Assembly: GCF_001194135.2 (NCBI RefSeq)
Contig: NC_068986.1
Coordinates: 91,389,360 to 91,453,359, forward strand
Length of the DNA stretch: 64,000 nt
From: Octopus bimaculoides
Lineage: Eukaryota
Direction: 5' to 3'
The translations under genes were made by a program, and so were the position numbers. Of the stretch, positions 1-13,598 are shown piece by piece. The notes below the pieces were generated by a model that made no database searches, was not told the origin of the DNA, and saw nothing but the letters and a program-made list of their open reading frames with translations. Each line of letters starts with the position of its first letter. The stretch's first letter is position 1.

Positions 1-1433
1 ATTATCTAAATTTCAAATTATTTGATTTCAAGGTCCCATAGATATTTAATTGGCCCTGCTTGTGTAACCACAACTTGAGAATAGTACTGATGTTATCGTT
101 TATTCTTGTGTTTACAATGGCTAAAAGTGAATTTGAATTACTGAAGAAAATATTAAAATACTACATCAAAGAGATTTTACTGACACTGGTGCAACATTTA
201 CATCTTTTGTTTGCAGAGTGCCACGTATTGATCAGTTCACTAGTTTGATCTCAGTCGGTCACTTTAAACAGTGTTAAAATAATTATAACACACAAAATCA
301 GACATGCTGAAGGATTTAAAAGCATGGCGAAATCTGCAGAGTCTTCATTCACTCTATGAATCTGTTCCAGTTATGTATCTGTTGTGAGTAATCCAGTTTG
401 TTACTATCATCGTATCTTTGAAGAGAAAACAAATACTATTAAGAAATGAATAAAGATAAGTGGGATTTTATAGCATCTGGATCATGGTTAAAAGGCACCA
501 AAGATTGTAAAAGAGTACAACACATTTTATTGATTGAATGATGAATGACATAAAAGAAAATAAAAAAACTCTGTAAATATACTTTTCTATGTAATTGTGT
601 ATAGTATGGCTTCCTTTGTTTAAGATCAGATCAATTTTCTGAACAATCAGTTATTACACAAAGTACTCCTTGTCTATCATGCTTAGATGTTTGAGGTCTA
701 ACCATAGCCAACAATACTATTGTTCACAACATACATGATATAAAATGAAACTAACTAAATAAATATATATCTTACACTACATTATCCAAAGTAGTCTTTG
801 ATATCTGTTTTAAGGGAAATTTAGTTGTTATTTCTAGCAGGTTGAGTGACTGTGTAAAGGCTCCTTTGATATGCTCCACATACATCTTTTATCTTTCACC
901 TTTTATTTGATTTAGGCAGTGGAGTTTGACCATGCTAGGGCACCAATTTGAAAGGTTTTAGTCAAACAAATTGACCCCAGGACTTATATTNNNNNNNNNN
1001 NNNNNNNNNNNNNNNNNNNNNNNNNNNNNNNNNNNNNNNNNNNNNNNNNNNNNNNNNNNNNNNNNNNNNNNNNNNNNNNNNNNNNNNNNNNNNNNNNNNN
1101 NNNNNNNNNNNNNNNNNNNNNNNNNNNNNNNNNNNNNNNNNNNNNNNNNNNNNNNNNNNNNNNNNNNNNNNNNNNNNNNNNNNNNNNNNNNNNNNNNNNN
1201 NNNNNNNNNNNNNNNNNNNNNNNNNNNNNNNNNNNNNNNNNNNNNNNNNNNNNNNNNNNNNNNNNNNNNNNNNNNNNNNNNNNNNNNNNNNNNNNNNNNN
1301 NNNNNNNNNNNNNNNNNNNNNNNNNNNNNNNNNNNNNNNAACACATCTTTAATTAGAAGTTACAAATGTTTGCGTACCATCTCCATTTGCGACGCCAGTT
1401 TACATGAAAATTCTAAAAAAAAGTCACATAATA

Positions 1434-1835
1434 ATCATCATCATCATCGTTTTTCCAAGCTGGCATGGGTTGGATGGTTTGATTGAGGTCTGGTGAGCCA
1501 GAGGCTGCACCAGGCTCAATCTGATCTGGCAAAGTTTCAACAGCTGGATGCCCTTCCTAATGCCAACCACTCCGATAGTGCAGTGGCTGCTTTTACATGC
1601 CACCAACATGAGGGCCAGTCATGTAGTTCTGGCAATGACCATGCTCAAAAGGTGTTTTTACGTGCTACCTGCACAGGAGCCAGTCTGGTGGCACTGCCAA
1701 CGACCATGCTCGAATGTTGTCTTTCACGTGCCACCAGCACATGTGCCGGTAAAGCGATGCTGGCAATGATCACACTCAAATGGTGCTTTTCGCATGTCAC
1801 TGGCACGGGAGCCAATCCGTGACCCTGGCAATATT
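1434..1835 (-). mobile_element. SINE-C with ~3.5 tandem 65-bp 5' units
   Basis: (CAT)n tail, CTGGATGCCCTTCCTAA.GCCAACCAC core, tandem units at 1597-1835. Confidence 0.8.
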
Positions 1836-2129
1836 TGCAGTTTTAGGCATTGGAGAGGCACTTCATGAGACTTGAATCAAAGGTGTACTATTACATTGTG
1901 TCTGATGCTCTACTATTTATCCCATCTACTGCAATTAATGATAATTACAGGCGCAAAGCTACCTACAAATTATCCAAGAGGGTACAGTTTCTTATATCAA
2001 CTCCTGTATGTGACTGATATTTCATTTTATTGACCTTGTGAGATGGAACAAACAACACACATGCATATTATCATAATTAAACTCATAATAATAATCTGGT
2101 CAGTATGAACTAATCCAGCTTAAAGGAGC

Positions 2130-2560
2130 AACATAATCCAGATCTAGCAACAACATGTGCGATACAAGAACAAGCAATTGCCACTAGATATATTGAAAGA
2201 AATATCTTCAATTCAAATAACAATGTTACCTATGTGCTTTATTTTCTAAGACAATAAACCACATTGTATCAAGCTATCTAACACAAGTTCCAAGAATCTC
2301 TACTTGGAGACACAAAAATGTAACAAAACTACTCTGTGTACTTCTAATCATTTATTCCTACAAGAAGCCATGTGTAATGTATGAAATTTTTCCACATCAT
2401 ACAAATTGACAATGCTAAAATACCATGGAGCCTTTTCAGACAAACAGAACACCAGATGGTGTTCTATCATTATAGTACAACATAACAAACAAGACATCAT
2501 TTTCTATGACAAAAATGACAATAGAATATTAATTACTATCATAGCAATATTAAATAATTA
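2130..2560 (+). mobile_element. Very decayed R4-like (REL) LINE fragment
   Basis: CAIQEQAIATRYIE and QHNKQDIIFYDKND resemble the QEQ..ATKY and HNxPDI..DK motifs of REL-type elements. Confidence 0.5.
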
Positions 2561-3029
2561 TAATGTTGAGTGGCAGTGAGCTGAAAAGCTAATGAATTTC
2601 ATCAATCTAGCTGCTAAATTAAATAACATTAGGAATGTGTCAATCCTTCTTTTTGTAATTGGTACAACTAGAATAACACACAACCACTTCTGTGAAGATG
2701 TTAACATCATGTATAAGGACACATAAAGGCATATTCTACAAAATAGCAATCCCAGAAATGGTAAATATTGTTGGGTGTTTTCATACAGTGTTTGTTAACA
2801 TTGAATATTTTATCCCTGTTTTCCAAGATGCACCTAATTCTCTATGAAGAACAGAAATCCATGCTATATTTCTTAACCCATGAATAAGGATAGGAGCAGT
2901 TAACAATATGAAGACTTGGTCTGTTAGAGACAGTTTGTTGATTAAAATACTGTTGATTAAAATATTTATTATAGTTCTCCAGTCATAAAAGAGAAGTTTA
3001 AGATTGGGTAATCGGCTAATCATGAGAAC

Positions 3030-3360
3030 TCCTGTGTACTGATGACCTAATTTAATGGTGAATGTGTAGAAGATTTAAAGAAGAAATATCAAATATGGAA
3101 GCTAAGCCTAGAACAAACTCCTGCAAATGCTCAGAAGGTTTATGTGAAGTATTTGACAGTTTTTGGTAACCTAGGTGACCTAATTAGCAGTGAAGATGGG
3201 TGTATTAAAAGCATAGTAACCAGAGTAAGAAAAGGCTGGAAAAAGTTCAGGGACCTCTTTGTTGGTAACAAAGGGTTTCTCTCTTAGAAAAAAAAAAAAA
3301 GAAGAAAAGATTATAAGAGATGTGCATACAAAGAGTGATGCAGCATGGTAGTGAGACATA
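3030..3360 (+). mobile_element. RTE-like LINE reverse transcriptase fragment, decayed
   Basis: Broken frames give DDL..ECVEDLKKKYQIWK, LGDLISSEDGCIKSIVTRVRKGWKKFRDL and CIQRVMQHGSET (RTE RT C-terminal motifs). Confidence 0.7.
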
Positions 3361-3961
3361 CATGTGTTTGATTACATTTGATTGTGTAGCTATATCTCTA
3401 TGCATTTACATACAAATGCAAGTGTGCACACGCACACACACACACGTGCAGAATATGTGTGTATGTATGTGTGTGAATGTACAAATTCAGAGAGCTGTAG
3501 ACACAGAATCAAAAGCACTCACACATAATCATAATGTAACTTCAAAAAATTTGCCTGTCAGCTCCTTTCCTGATCAAACCACTGTATAATAGGCCATAAG
3601 CTCACATATCAAGCTAAGCACAGATAATAATACAAAATGGCATGCACGCACACATTTATGCATATAGATACACACACACATGTACATACACTTTGCATGG
3701 TGAAACAGCAACCCATCTACTGACATCAGTGTTATTAATTCACATTTCTGCTTCCTGCTATAAATGTATGTATGTGTATGCTTGTATATATATGCATGTG
3801 TGTATGTGTGAGTGAACGAGCAAAACAGACAAACGAATAGACAGAGACATAGATATGATGACAGAGAGAGAAAGCAAGCAAGAAAGAAAGAGTGAGTGTG
3901 TGTGTTATGTTTATACCAAAAATATTATCATATATACATGAACAACTCCTGAGATACTATA

Positions 3962-3996
<35 letters not shown>

Positions 3997-4075
3997 CATC
4001 ATCATCATTTAGCATTTATCATATACATACACACACACACACATATGCATATATTGCATTGTATGTGTGTTTGTG

Positions 4076-4131
<56 letters not shown>

Positions 4132-4316
4132 TGTGAATATATATACACTGACTTGTACATACACATTGCAAATTGTATAAATTTATCTTCATCAAGCAAA
4201 ACATTTTCTCAGTAAATATCACAACAATACAACAAAGTTAGATCTACTGACTCTCTACTGCGCAGAGAACAACATATTGCATACAGAAGTCTTTTAGATC
4301 TTTGCACTGGTCTCTT

Positions 4317-4347
<31 letters not shown>

Positions 4348-5068
4348 TTCTCTCTCACACACACATACGTATCATATATATCTCATTATAGTATTTGGTG
4401 TGCAAGTTTCTTGATGTGAAATCATGTTGTATTTTGTTGTATCTTGGGAGGGTCGTTGTGCCAATAACACATGCACTGGCTCCATTTTACTTCTTGTATT
4501 ACTATTTGTCAATTAGTTGAACATTCAAGAAGGTAACTAATCAATTGTCTGATCAATCATTCAGTTAATCAATCACTCAACTAAGTTCATTAAAGTCCTT
4601 TCATTGCCATTCATGACTTCATCAATGACATGCACTCTCTACTCCAGGTCTGCTCCATGTTTGTCTGCCTCATAGTCTACAGATTCTATATTTATATTTA
4701 TGGGTATGGAAGTGAGAATGCTTAAAAAAGAGAGAGACTGTGACTCTTTGTGTGTGTGTATGTTTGTGTGCTGGTGTGAGTTGGTGTGTGTGTGTGTGTG
4801 TGTGTTTGTATGAGTTGGTGTGTGTGTGTGTGTGCGTGCGTGTTTTTGTGCGTTTGCATGTTTGTGTGCACATGTGCCAATGTGGCCTAATATGGATTCT
4901 GTGAATGTGTGAGAGAAAAGATACACGGCTTCAGATTTGAGGCTCTGATGAAGCTATAAGATGTTACTCAAGCACTAAGCTATGAATGCACTGCATCTTA
5001 TTGCAGAAACAGGTATAAGATAATGAAGTCCATAAGACAATTGCTTATTCCTTTGTCATCTCATTTTC

Positions 5069-5104
<36 letters not shown>

Positions 5105-5373
5105 NNNNNNNNNNNNNNNNNNNNNNNNNNNNNNNNNNNNNNNNNNNNNNNNNNNNNNNNNNNNNNNNNNNNNNNNNNNNNNNNNNNNNNNNNNNNNNNN
5201 NNNNNNNNNNNNNNNNNNNNNNNNNNNNNNNNNNNNNNNNNNNNNNNNNNNNNNNNNNNNNNNNNNNNNNNNNNNNNNNNNNNNNNNNNNNNNNNNNNNN
5301 NNNNNNNNNNNNNNNNNNNNNNNNNNNNNNNNNNNNNNNNNNNNNNNNNNNNNNNNNNNNNNNNNNNNNNNNN

Positions 5374-5406
<33 letters not shown>

Positions 5407-5817
5407 ATTAATGTCCAATTTTTCATGCTTGTATGGATATTTAATAAATTTATTGAGGCAGATTTTCTGCAGCCAAATACCCTTCCTTTGAAAACTCTCA
5501 ATTGCTTTCAAACAATGTAATATTTTCCCAGGGCCAGATATATTTCCATGGAAGACAAGCAAATAACAACTAAAAACTGAGATTCTAGACTATTATTACT
5601 TTGAGGTTCTCATTGCTATAAAGCAGCATAGATATAAAATGAATAATTAAGTCCTGGACACCTGAAAATACCTTGACTGCCATGGGTGAAATAGTTGGCC
5701 TAGAGTTAAACAACAACAACAGCATATGGCTTACTCAATAAACTCATTCCCCTCATCAATCAGGGGAAAATTTATATAAATCTATTAAATACACACTTGC
5801 CTGCTTGCACATACACA

Positions 5818-5878
<61 letters not shown>

Positions 5879-6511
5879 TCACATACACAAACACATATAC
5901 GGATACTGACACACAGAGATACTCACAAGCAGGTTGAGTGTTGCACTAATTATTTAGTTGCCAATGTTCAAGACTTCAGCAATTTCCTGTCAGATATTTG
6001 CAAACATCATGCAATAGCCATATGCTGAGCAATAACATTTAGGCCATCTCCGTAATGTAGAGATACACACACATGTAGACTTGCTCACCAACATACACAC
6101 ACACAGACCTCCATGCATATATATATATATATATACACGCACTCATAAATAGTTCTTGACACACAACCACATACATAAGCGTGTGTATATACATATTTTG
6201 CATGCAACAATAAATTAAGTTCTAATATTCACCCATCAGCTCCTTTCCTGTCAAACATTTGTAAAGTTCACACAACAGGTATAGTTTTACATTCATTATG
6301 GTGCTCACTACAACTACAGATTATGAAGATACATTTATGACTTCTACAAACACATACACACATGCACACACACACAAATACACACACAAACATTCAGACA
6401 TTATAAGGAAAGAATAATTGCATTTTCAGCATTCACCTGTCAATCCATTTCATGTTAGATATTTGCAAATCTCAATGATAACAGTATATTTGTATATATA
6501 ATTCACATAAT

Positions 6512-6550
<39 letters not shown>

Positions 6551-6989
6551 TTCTCTCTCTCTTTCACTCACACATATATCACTTGAGGTCGGCATATATT
6601 GGCAAATTCTACTTCTCGGAAAAATGTGATTTTCTATAAACAATATTTTTTGGCAGGATGTCTCTTCGTTAGCACCTGACATGCCACAATAGGTGAAACT
6701 CTGAGCTGTACAAGTGGAAAGCAAAATGGTGTTTTGAACCAGGTGTCACTTCTTGACATCAACCTCGTTTTAATTGCCTCATATGCAAGAAAGAATATTA
6801 GTGTAGCATTTCTAAAAACTGGATCTCAAACACATGAACACACACACACATACGCACAAACACACATTCATTCATTCATATGACAAACGACCAAAATGCC
6901 TGGCACTTTGCTGTACATAAGAAGACCTGTACTCTGCAGCAGAAATGTTAAGACTGGTCCCACCGATGATGAAGATTGTCCTGCAAGGG

Positions 6990-7310
6990 TCCTAGGCTGG
7001 TTCCACATAAAAAGCACTAATGGCAGTGTCACATAAAAGTGCCCACATGGTGCCACATAAAAGCACCTGTAAGGCAACATGTGAAAATGCCCATGTGGAG
7101 CTATATAAATGTGCCTGTATGGTGCCATGTAAAAGCACCCAGCACACTCTGTAAAGTGGTTGGCGTTAGGAAGGGCATCCAGCTGTAAAAACCATGCCAA
7201 ATCACACTGGAGACTGGTACAGCTCCCCTGTTTGCCAGTTCTGGTCAAACCATCCAACCCATGCCAGCATGGACAATGGACATTAAATGATAATGATGAT
7301 GATGATGACG
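6990..7310 (+). mobile_element. SINE-C with a short-unit 5' array
   Basis: GTGGTTGGCGTTAGGAAGGGCATCCAGCTGTA core; (GAT)n tail. Confidence 0.8.
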
Positions 7311-7910
7311 ATATATATATATATAACCTAGCAGTTTAGGAAAAAGAAACTGACAGAATAAGTACTCGGAAGAAAAATAAATACTAGGGTTAATTTGTTT
7401 GATTAAACCCTTCAAGGTAGTGCTCCAGCATGACCACAGTCTAATTGACTGAAAAAAGGAAAAGATATATGTATACAACAGGCTTCTTTCAATTTCCATC
7501 TACTGAATGCACTCACAAGGCCTTGGTCAGACCTGGAATATAGTGGAAAACATGTCCTGGAATATAGAAGAACCATGGAGTGAGACTCAATCCAAAACCA
7601 CATGGTTAGGAAGTACACTTTTCAATCACCCATTCATAAATGGGCTTTTATCCTTTTGTTGTTTACACCACCTGTCCTCATCTGTTGTTTTTTTTGTAAA
7701 TTCTCCCATATATATATATATATATATANNNNNNNNNNNNNNNNNNNNNNNNNNNNNNNNNNNNNNNNNNNNNNNNNNNNNNNNNNNNNNNNNNNNNNNN
7801 NNNNNNNNNNNNNNNNNNNNNNNNNNNNNNNNNNNNNNNNNNNNNNNNNNNNNNNNNNNNNNNNNNNNNNNNNNNNNNNNNNNNNNNNNNNNNNNNNNNN
7901 NNNNNNNTAT

Positions 7911-8275
7911 ATTCTTTTATTTGTTTCAGTCTTTAGTCGAACAAATCAACCCCAGGGCTTATTCTTTGTAAGCCTAGTACTTATTCTGTCAGTCTCTTTA
8001 CCAAACTGCTAAGTTACAGGGATGTAAACACACCAACATTGGTTGTCAAGCAATAGTGGGGGACAAATACAGACACACAAACACATATATGTGTATTTAT
8101 ATAGATAGATAGATATACAACAGGCTTCTTTCAGTTTTTGTCTACCAAATCCACTCACAAGATTTTAGTAAGCCTGAGGCTATAGTAGAAGACACTTGCC
8201 CAAAGTGCCACGCAGTGTGACTGAACCTAGAGCCATGTGGTTGGTAAGCAAGCTACTTACCACACAGCCATTGCT
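7911..8275 (-). mobile_element. SINE-A, near full length
   Basis: tRNA-like head (GTGTGGTAAGTAGCTTGC..GGTTCAGTC), central GTGAGTGGATTTGGTAGAC.AAAACTGAAAGAAGCC, 3' part shortened by an internal deletion. Confidence 0.8.
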
Positions 8276-8800
8276 ACGCTCAGACAAAACCTATCCACAC
8301 ACTAGTGGATGATTCTTATCTGTCACTGATAATATTTTCATGTTACTTAACTCTGCACATCTATTGTATAAGAGATTATATCTTCAGAGAATACTACAGA
8401 TAATTTGTCTTTCTGTGGTGTATTTGCATTAAGTATGATTGCTTTTTAATTTAATACTACTTCTGTTGCACATAACAATTTTTTTTATAGTTGGCCAGCT
8501 AATTGCAACATCAGTGAATTCTCAGTCACTGTTTTCCAATATTGGCAACACTGGCTTAGCTAGTGGTCGCCAGTGAGTATTTATTACTGATGAAATCCTA
8601 AAAAGGCAGGAATGCTTATCTTGCATTCCCACCACTGCTGTTCAATGCTTTCTGCCTGCTACTTATATATTTTTGTGTTATTTAACACTTTACATCCATA
8701 AGAGATATTATCTCTGAATGAATACTGCAGTTAATTTGTCTGTTTGAGATGTAGTTGCACCAAGTATGCCATACAAACTGCTCTCTCTTTCTCTCTCTTT

Positions 8801-8853
<53 letters not shown>

Positions 8854-9258
8854 TATGCAACATTTCTATTTGAGTAAAAAATTTGATTCCTAATCGTATG
8901 GTCTTGAGTTCAGTCCCCTTGAATGACATCATGCCTTGAATGTCTTCTAATGAAGACCTAGGCCAACCAGAGCCTTGTAAACAGACTTGACAGATGGAAA
9001 CCGAAAGAAGCCTGTCACATACATGTCTGTATATGCATGTGTGTGTATATGTGTGTGTTTCTTTTAGACATGATACAAAAGTCATAAATAAACGTCACCA
9101 TTATATATGCCATGTCCCTCACTTCCAATCTTCCATGAAACATGTCTGATCATGGAGGAAATATTAACTTGCTTCAAAATAGGTGAGATTGCCAGCAGAA
9201 TGCTATCACTGCTGTCACGAGAAACAAACAAACAAACATACATACATACACTCATCCA

Positions 9259-9289
<31 letters not shown>

Positions 9290-9319
9290 TCAGCTGATGG
9301 TTCACTTCATTGCTACTCC

Positions 9320-9535
9320 CAGTACCGTCTGACTGGCCCTCGTGCTGGTGGGATGTAAAAGCACCCACTACACTCCTCAGAGTGGTTGGCGTCAGGAAGA
9401 GCATCCAGCTGTAGAAGCCCTGCCAGATCAGATTGGAGCCTGGTGTAGCCATCTGGTTTCACCACTCCTCAGTCAAATCGTCCAACTCATGCTAGCATGG
9501 AAAGCGGACGTTAAACGATGATGATGATGATGATG
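9320..9535 (+). mobile_element. SINE-C
   Basis: Core plus GCATGGAAAGCGGACGTTAAACGATGATG end. Confidence 0.85.
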
Positions 9536-9671
9536 TATCAGAGAAAACTCTGAGTAATAACTGAATGAATCAGTTATTATGTATTATAATAAATGCAACT
9601 ACAAACATTGAATACTCTTCCTTTCGTTTGTAACCTAAGACATACAAAATATATGTACATGCATTCACACA

Positions 9672-9703
<32 letters not shown>

Positions 9704-9899
9704 TACATACATACAAACAGTGCTTGGAGTTGTGACCGATGGACTGGAAGTCCACTATAATCCCTAACACCATCCATTTACTGAGCTGATAACAAGCAAA
9801 TCAACTTGTAGATAATCCACAACAACAACAAGAACATGTTATTACTGATATAATTCATATTTGTCAAACAAGTATTTTTGTTGCTTGAAGGTGATGAGT

Positions 9900-10920
9900 C
9901 AGCTTCAAAAGATAAACAACCAGCAACACCACTGCTACATCCATCACCACTTCTACAACCACTAATACCACTACCACCATCACTACCTCCACTTCAAGCT
10001 CTACCAGCATCAACGTCACTGCTGCCAACATACCTCCCCTGCCACCATCGTCACAACCACTATTACCACTACCAACACCACTACCAGACCCAATACTGCC
10101 ATCGATATCAACACCAGCACCACAGCGAACACCACTACATACTAACACCACTCCAGCAGTATCCCCACCAATCCAACACCAACACCAACACCAACACCAC
10201 CAGCACAAGTACCACCACCAACATCACTACTAACACCATCAGAAGTGCTACCAACACCACAACTACCATTAATACTAATACCATTAACCACAACCAACAC
10301 CACTCCATACAAACACCTCTACTGCCACCAACACCACAACAAACATCGTCAGCACCAGTACCATCAATAGTCCTACTACCGCCGCCACCACCACCATTAC
10401 TACAACTCCCAGCATCGCCGTCCATACTATATTCCCTACCACCCCTCAGATCATGCCCTACTCTCTTAATACTGGGATACACTGGATAATGTAGTCCTAG
10501 GGTCACTTTGAAAAGATGGCATAGTCATGGTTGGAATGTCTTTGATCAAAAGGCTACTGGATCAGAGATGATTTGAGGCTATACAACATTTCTGCTACTG
10601 TCACCACCACCACCACCACCACCNNNNNNNNNNNNNNNNNNNNNNNNNNNNNNNNNNNNNNNNNNNNNNNNNNNNNNNNNNNNNNNNNNNNNNNNNNNNN
10701 NNNNNNNNNNNNNNNNNNNNNNNNNNNNNNNNNNNNNNNNNNNNNNNNNNNNNNNNNNNNNNNNNNNNNNNNNNNNNNNNNNNNNNNNNNNNNNNNNNNN
10801 NNNNNNNNNNNNNNNNNNNNNNNNNNNNNNNNNNNNNNNNNNNNNNNNNNNNNNNNNNNNNNNNNNNNNNNNNNNNNNNNNNNNNNNNNNNNNNNNNNNN
10901 NNNNGCCGCCGCCGCCGCCG
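9900..10920. repeat. Cryptic (ACC/CAC)n low-complexity tract with gap
   Basis: Trinucleotide-biased; produces spurious T/P/H-rich ORFs. Confidence 0.9.
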
Positions 10921-11154
10921 CCGCCAGTACCAGCATCACTACCACTTGCTAAAAACACTTAACTGAAAAGTAAGTGTGAAGCTTGATTTGTTTTTCGTTT
11001 GTTTAATCAGGCAAACTGGATCAAGCACAACCATTGCTTAGAGGCACAACAATACAATGACACAAGTGAAATTTGAGTTGATGGCCATATGGTCAGTAGT
11101 CCAGGATTTTTAACTTAGCAACCAAAATGCCACACACAATATTATTGCATTCAC

Positions 11155-11372
11155 AAGGCGGTGAGCTGGCAGAAACGTTAGCACGCTGAGTGAAATGCTT
11201 AGCGGTATTTTGTCTGTCTTTACGTTCTGAGTTCAAATTCTGCCAAGGTCGACTTTGCCTTTCATTCTTTCAGGGTCAATAAATTAAGTACCAGTTGCAT
11301 ACTGGTTCATCTAATTGACTGGTCCCCACTCCCCCAAAAATTTTGGGCCTTGTGCCTAGAGTAGAAAAGAAT
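11155..11372 (+). mobile_element. SINE-B (tail ii), full length
   Basis: Head AAGGCGGTGAGCTGGCAGAAACGTTAGC; tail GGCCTTGTGCCTAGAGTAGAAAAGA; TSD AATATTATTGC(A/T)TTCA. Confidence 0.85.
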
Positions 11373-11441
11373 ATTATTGCTTTCATACAGTCTAGCAATA
11401 ATCTTTTACCCAACTGAAGCATTTGCATAAGTTTCTCCTAA

Positions 11442-11818
11442 ACTCATTTACTCTTTTATTTGTTTCAGTCATTTGACTGTGGCCATGCTGGAGCACCGCC
11501 TTTAGACAAACAAATCTATCCCTGGGACTTATTCCTTGTAAGCCTAGTACTTATTCTATTGGTCTCTTTGGTCGAACTGCTAAGTTACGGGAATGTAAAC
11601 AAACCAACATCGGTGGCCAAGCAATGGTGGGTGGACAAACATAGACACACAAACACACACACGATGGGCTTCTTTCAGTTTCTGTCTACCAAATCCACTC
11701 ACAAAGCTTTGGTCGGCCTGAGGCTATAGTAGAAGACACTTGCCCAAAGTGCCACACAGTGGGACTGAACCTGGAACCATGTGGTTGGTAAGCAAGCTAC
11801 TTACCACACAGCCACTCC
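11442..11818 (-). mobile_element. SINE-A, full length
   Basis: Same head, core and (GTAAAAGA)-type tail. Confidence 0.85.
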
Positions 11819-12179
11819 ATGCTTGTTTCAGACATGCAATGGGCTGCTGGTATTCATAGCCTTGTCCATCTGTGAGGCTCGAACAACAGGAGAAATTACA
11901 GACTGGTTGCAACACAAAGCTCTCATATCTCGTAAATTTTCTCTGTTTCTGCCAGCACAATGCACTCACACAAACACATTTTCTTACTCTCTCTCTGCCT
12001 ACCTCTTTCTCTCTCTCACTCTCTCTCTCTTACGCACACACACACACATTAGAAAGCAAATCCTCTTAAAAGCTAATACAAAAGAACAAGCAGAGATGCA
12101 GTATGATATTACACATCATTTTAACCACAAAATCTGGTCTAAGTTACACAAGGCATGTACAACCACTTTTTTGCATGAC

Positions 12180-12875
12180 ATAGCCTTGGGCTGACCAAAG
12201 CCTTGTGAGTGGATTTGGTAGACGGAAACTGAAAGAAGCCCATCGTGTGTGTGTATATATATATATATATATATNNNNNNNNNNNNNNNNNNNNNNNNNN
12301 NNNNNNNNNNNNNNNNNNNNNNNNNNNNNNNNNNNNNNNNNNNNNNNNNNNNNNNNNNNNNNNNNNNNNNNNNNNNNNNNNNNNNNNNNNNNNNNNNNNN
12401 NNNNNNNNNNNNNNNNNNNNNNNNNNNNNNNNNNNNNNNNNNNNNNNNNNNNNNNNNNNNNNNNNNNNNNNNNNNNNNNNNNNNNNNNNNNNNNNNNNNN
12501 NNNNNNNNNNNNNACACATCATTTTAACCACAAAATCTGGTCTAAGTTACACAAGGCATGTACAACCACTTTTTTGCATGACATAGCCTTGGGCTGACCA
12601 AAGCCTTGTGAGTGGATTTGGTAGACGGAAACTGAAAGAAGCCCATCGTGTGTGTGTATATGTTTGTGTGTCTGTGTTTGTCCCCCCAACATCGCTTGAC
12701 AACTGATGGTGGTGTGTTTACATCCCCGTAACTTAGCGGTTCAGCAAAAAGAGACTGATAGAATAAGTACTAGGCTTCCAAAGAATAAGTCCTGGGGTCG
12801 ATTTGCTTGACTAAAGGCGGTGCTCCAGCATGGCTGCAGTCAAATGACTGAAACAGGTAAATGAGTAAAGAGTAA
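12180..12875 (+). mobile_element. SINE-A (5' truncated; part falsely duplicated across an N-gap)
   Basis: Core and tail present; 12113-12274 is repeated identically from 12514. Confidence 0.75.
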
Positions 12876-12876
12876 A

Positions 12877-13245
12877 GGCACAGGCATGGCTCTATGGTAA
12901 TAAGCTTACTTCCCAACTACATGGATCTGGGTTCAGTCCCACTGTGTGGCACCTTGGGCAAGTGTCTTCTACTATGGCCTTGAGCTAACCAAATCCTTGT
13001 GAATGGATTTTGCAGTTTGGTAGATGGAAACTGAAAGAAGCCTAGTGGTTGTGGTGGACAAATACAAAGACACACACACACACACACACACATGATGTGC
13101 TTCCACATAGTTTCCATCTACTAAATTCACTCACAAAGCATTGGTTGGCCCAGAAGACACTTGTCCAAGGTACCACACAATGGGACTGAACCTGAAACCA
13201 CATGGTTTCAAATTGAGCTTCTTAACCACACAACCATGCCTGCAT
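12877..13245. mobile_element. Two SINE-A head halves in opposite orientation (12877-13045 +, 13090-13245 -)
   Basis: Both contain the GGTTCAGTCCCA..GGCACCTTGG(G)CAAGTGTCTTC head motif. Confidence 0.7.
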
Positions 13246-13379
13246 AATAAAAGTAAATCTTTTGATCTGTTTGGACATAAGACTTTCTGACATTCATCCA
13301 TGCGGCATTTTGGAATATTTCAGCAAAAGTTTGGATTTGTGATAACAAATATATTAGATATCTTTGTAAATTCACACAG

Positions 13380-13598
13380 CGGCGATCTGGCAGAAACGTT
13401 AGCATGCCGGGCGAAATGCTTAGCGGTATTTCGTCTGCCGCTATGTTCTGAGTTCAAATTCCGCTGAGGTTGACTTTGCCTTTCATCCTTTCGGGGTCGA
13501 TAAAATAAGTACCAGTTACGCACTGGGGTCGGTATAATCGACTTAATCCGTTTGTCCCGTCTGTGTGTAGCCCCTTGTGGGTAGTAAAGAAATAACAC
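13380..13598 (+). mobile_element. SINE-B (tail i), full length
   Basis: TSD ACACAGC; tail GTAGTAAAGAAATA. Confidence 0.85.

Noticed and set aside
349-415. Terminal exon on the minus strand (YDDSNKLDYSQQIHNWNRFIE*)
   Set aside because: Good acceptor, but the peptide is short and unrecognised and there is no other support.
1597-1835. CRISPR-like repeat-spacer array (also 7005-7140, 29250-29460)
   Set aside because: The intervening sequences are homologous to each other, the units are part of a dispersed eukaryotic repeat, and there are no cas genes.
6503-6724. 73-aa ORF
   Set aside because: No recognisable motif or convincing splice pair; runs into microsatellite.
9864-10506. Mucin- or proline-rich ORFs
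   Set aside because: Open on both strands because of cryptic (ACC)n repeats.
12113-12660. Tandem duplication of ~150 bp
   Set aside because: Identical copies on either side of an N-gap; unmerged contig overlap.
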